From the NCBI GenBank assembly GCA_965248115.1, contig CBDFII010000005.1, positions 341,197-405,196 on the forward strand: 64,000 nt of DNA, given 5' to 3'. This document shows positions 63,702-64,000 of the stretch, piece by piece. Made by a program: the position numbers and the translations under genes. This stretch comes from Dehalococcoidia bacterium. Its GTDB lineage: Bacteria > Chloroflexota > Dehalococcoidia > Lucifugimonadales > CBDFII01. Under the pieces are notes generated by a model. It made no database searches, was not told the origin of the DNA, and worked only from the letters and a program-made list of their open reading frames with translations. Positions within the stretch are counted from its first letter, which is position 1. Each line of letters opens with the position of its first letter.

Positions 63702-63737
63702 TGATTACCTGCCGTTGGTAACTTAAAGGGAACGCTT

Positions 63738-64000
63738 TTGTACATCCTGGGTATTAATACATATCATGGGGATTCTGCTGCAGCCATTGTCGTCAACGGC
63801 GACTTAGTAGCGGCTGTCGAAGAGGAGCGCTTTACCCGGATAAAGCACACTGCCGGTTTCCCTTGCCAGGCGATCCGTTACTGCTTGGATGCCGCCGGGA
63901 TCCCGCCCGAGGCGATTGACCATGTGGTCATACCCCGCAAGCGTTCCGCACATCTCCTCCACAAGGCCATGTGGGCCATCCGCCTGCCCCACATGGCCCT
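63738..64000 (+). CDS. Carbamoyltransferase (NodU/CmcH family), N-terminal part; 3' end outside window
   Basis: Not in the ORF track because it is open at the window end. Reads LYILGINTYHGDSAAAIVVNGDLVAAVEEERFTRIKHTAGFP..AIRYCL, the canonical N-terminus of the family. Probable TTG start at 63738. Confidence 0.75.
   Translation, partial: MYILGINTYHGDSAAAIVVNGDLVAAVEEERFTRIKHTAGFPCQAIRYCLDAAGIPPEAIDHVVIPRKRSAHLLHKAMWAIRLPHMA

Noticed and set aside
1-64000. Search for CRISPR arrays, IS elements, integrases, toxin-antitoxin pairs or known anti-phage defence genes.
   Set aside because: No direct-repeat/spacer arrays, transposase or recombinase motifs, or defence-system hallmark domains were recognised by eye in any frame. 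Absence cannot be proven without HMM searches.

Overview
64 kb of bacterial chromosome. I recognised no rRNA, transposase, integrase, CRISPR array or known defence gene. The motif content (LLM-type oxidoreductase, cytoplasmic RdhA/QueG-like protein, DUF4012, O-antigen-ligase-TPR fusions) fits a Chloroflexota-like or other poorly studied lineage, but taxonomy cannot be fixed from this window. A minus-strand tRNA trio (Leu-UAA, Cys-GCA, Leu-GAG; 9695..10039) separates two blocks. Block A (1..9.5 kb) holds a tandemly duplicated DUF1800 + NHL-propeller gene pair, a TcuA-like flavoprotein, an LLM oxidoreductase, an RdhA/QueG-like Fe-S protein and an alpha/beta hydrolase. Block B (10.8..64 kb) is a very large cell-surface glycan locus. 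It opens with two Wzy_C/O-antigen-ligase-TPR fusion proteins flanking a DUF4012 protein, then an MBOAT + SGNH acylation pair. Next come a MarR-EPS-type regulator, a NusG/RfaH-like paralog and about 40 kb of strictly co-directional, often start/stop-overlapping genes. These include UDP-GlcA/UDP-Xyl synthesis, a Wzm/Wzt ABC exporter, a neuA-neuB-neuC nonulosonic-acid cassette and three nucleotide-sugar dehydrogenases. There are also four SDR epimerase/dehydratases, an AsnB-type amidotransferase, a DegT aminotransferase and six SAM methyltransferases. The locus further carries seven GT-A/GT-B glycosyltransferases, a KpsC/KpsS-like candidate, a Wzy-like membrane protein and a carbamoyltransferase. 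The most interesting signals are: (i) decayed gene relics sitting exactly at module junctions, suggesting repeated cassette replacement; (ii) the ABC exporter, CMP-nonulosonate synthesis and KpsC/S-like enzyme occurring together; (iii) the MarR-fusion plus NusG-paralog control region, with a near-consensus promoter placed for a leaderless mRNA; (iv) the DUF1800-NHL pairing. All family calls come from motif recognition by eye. Start codons and boundaries of non-coding features are approximate.
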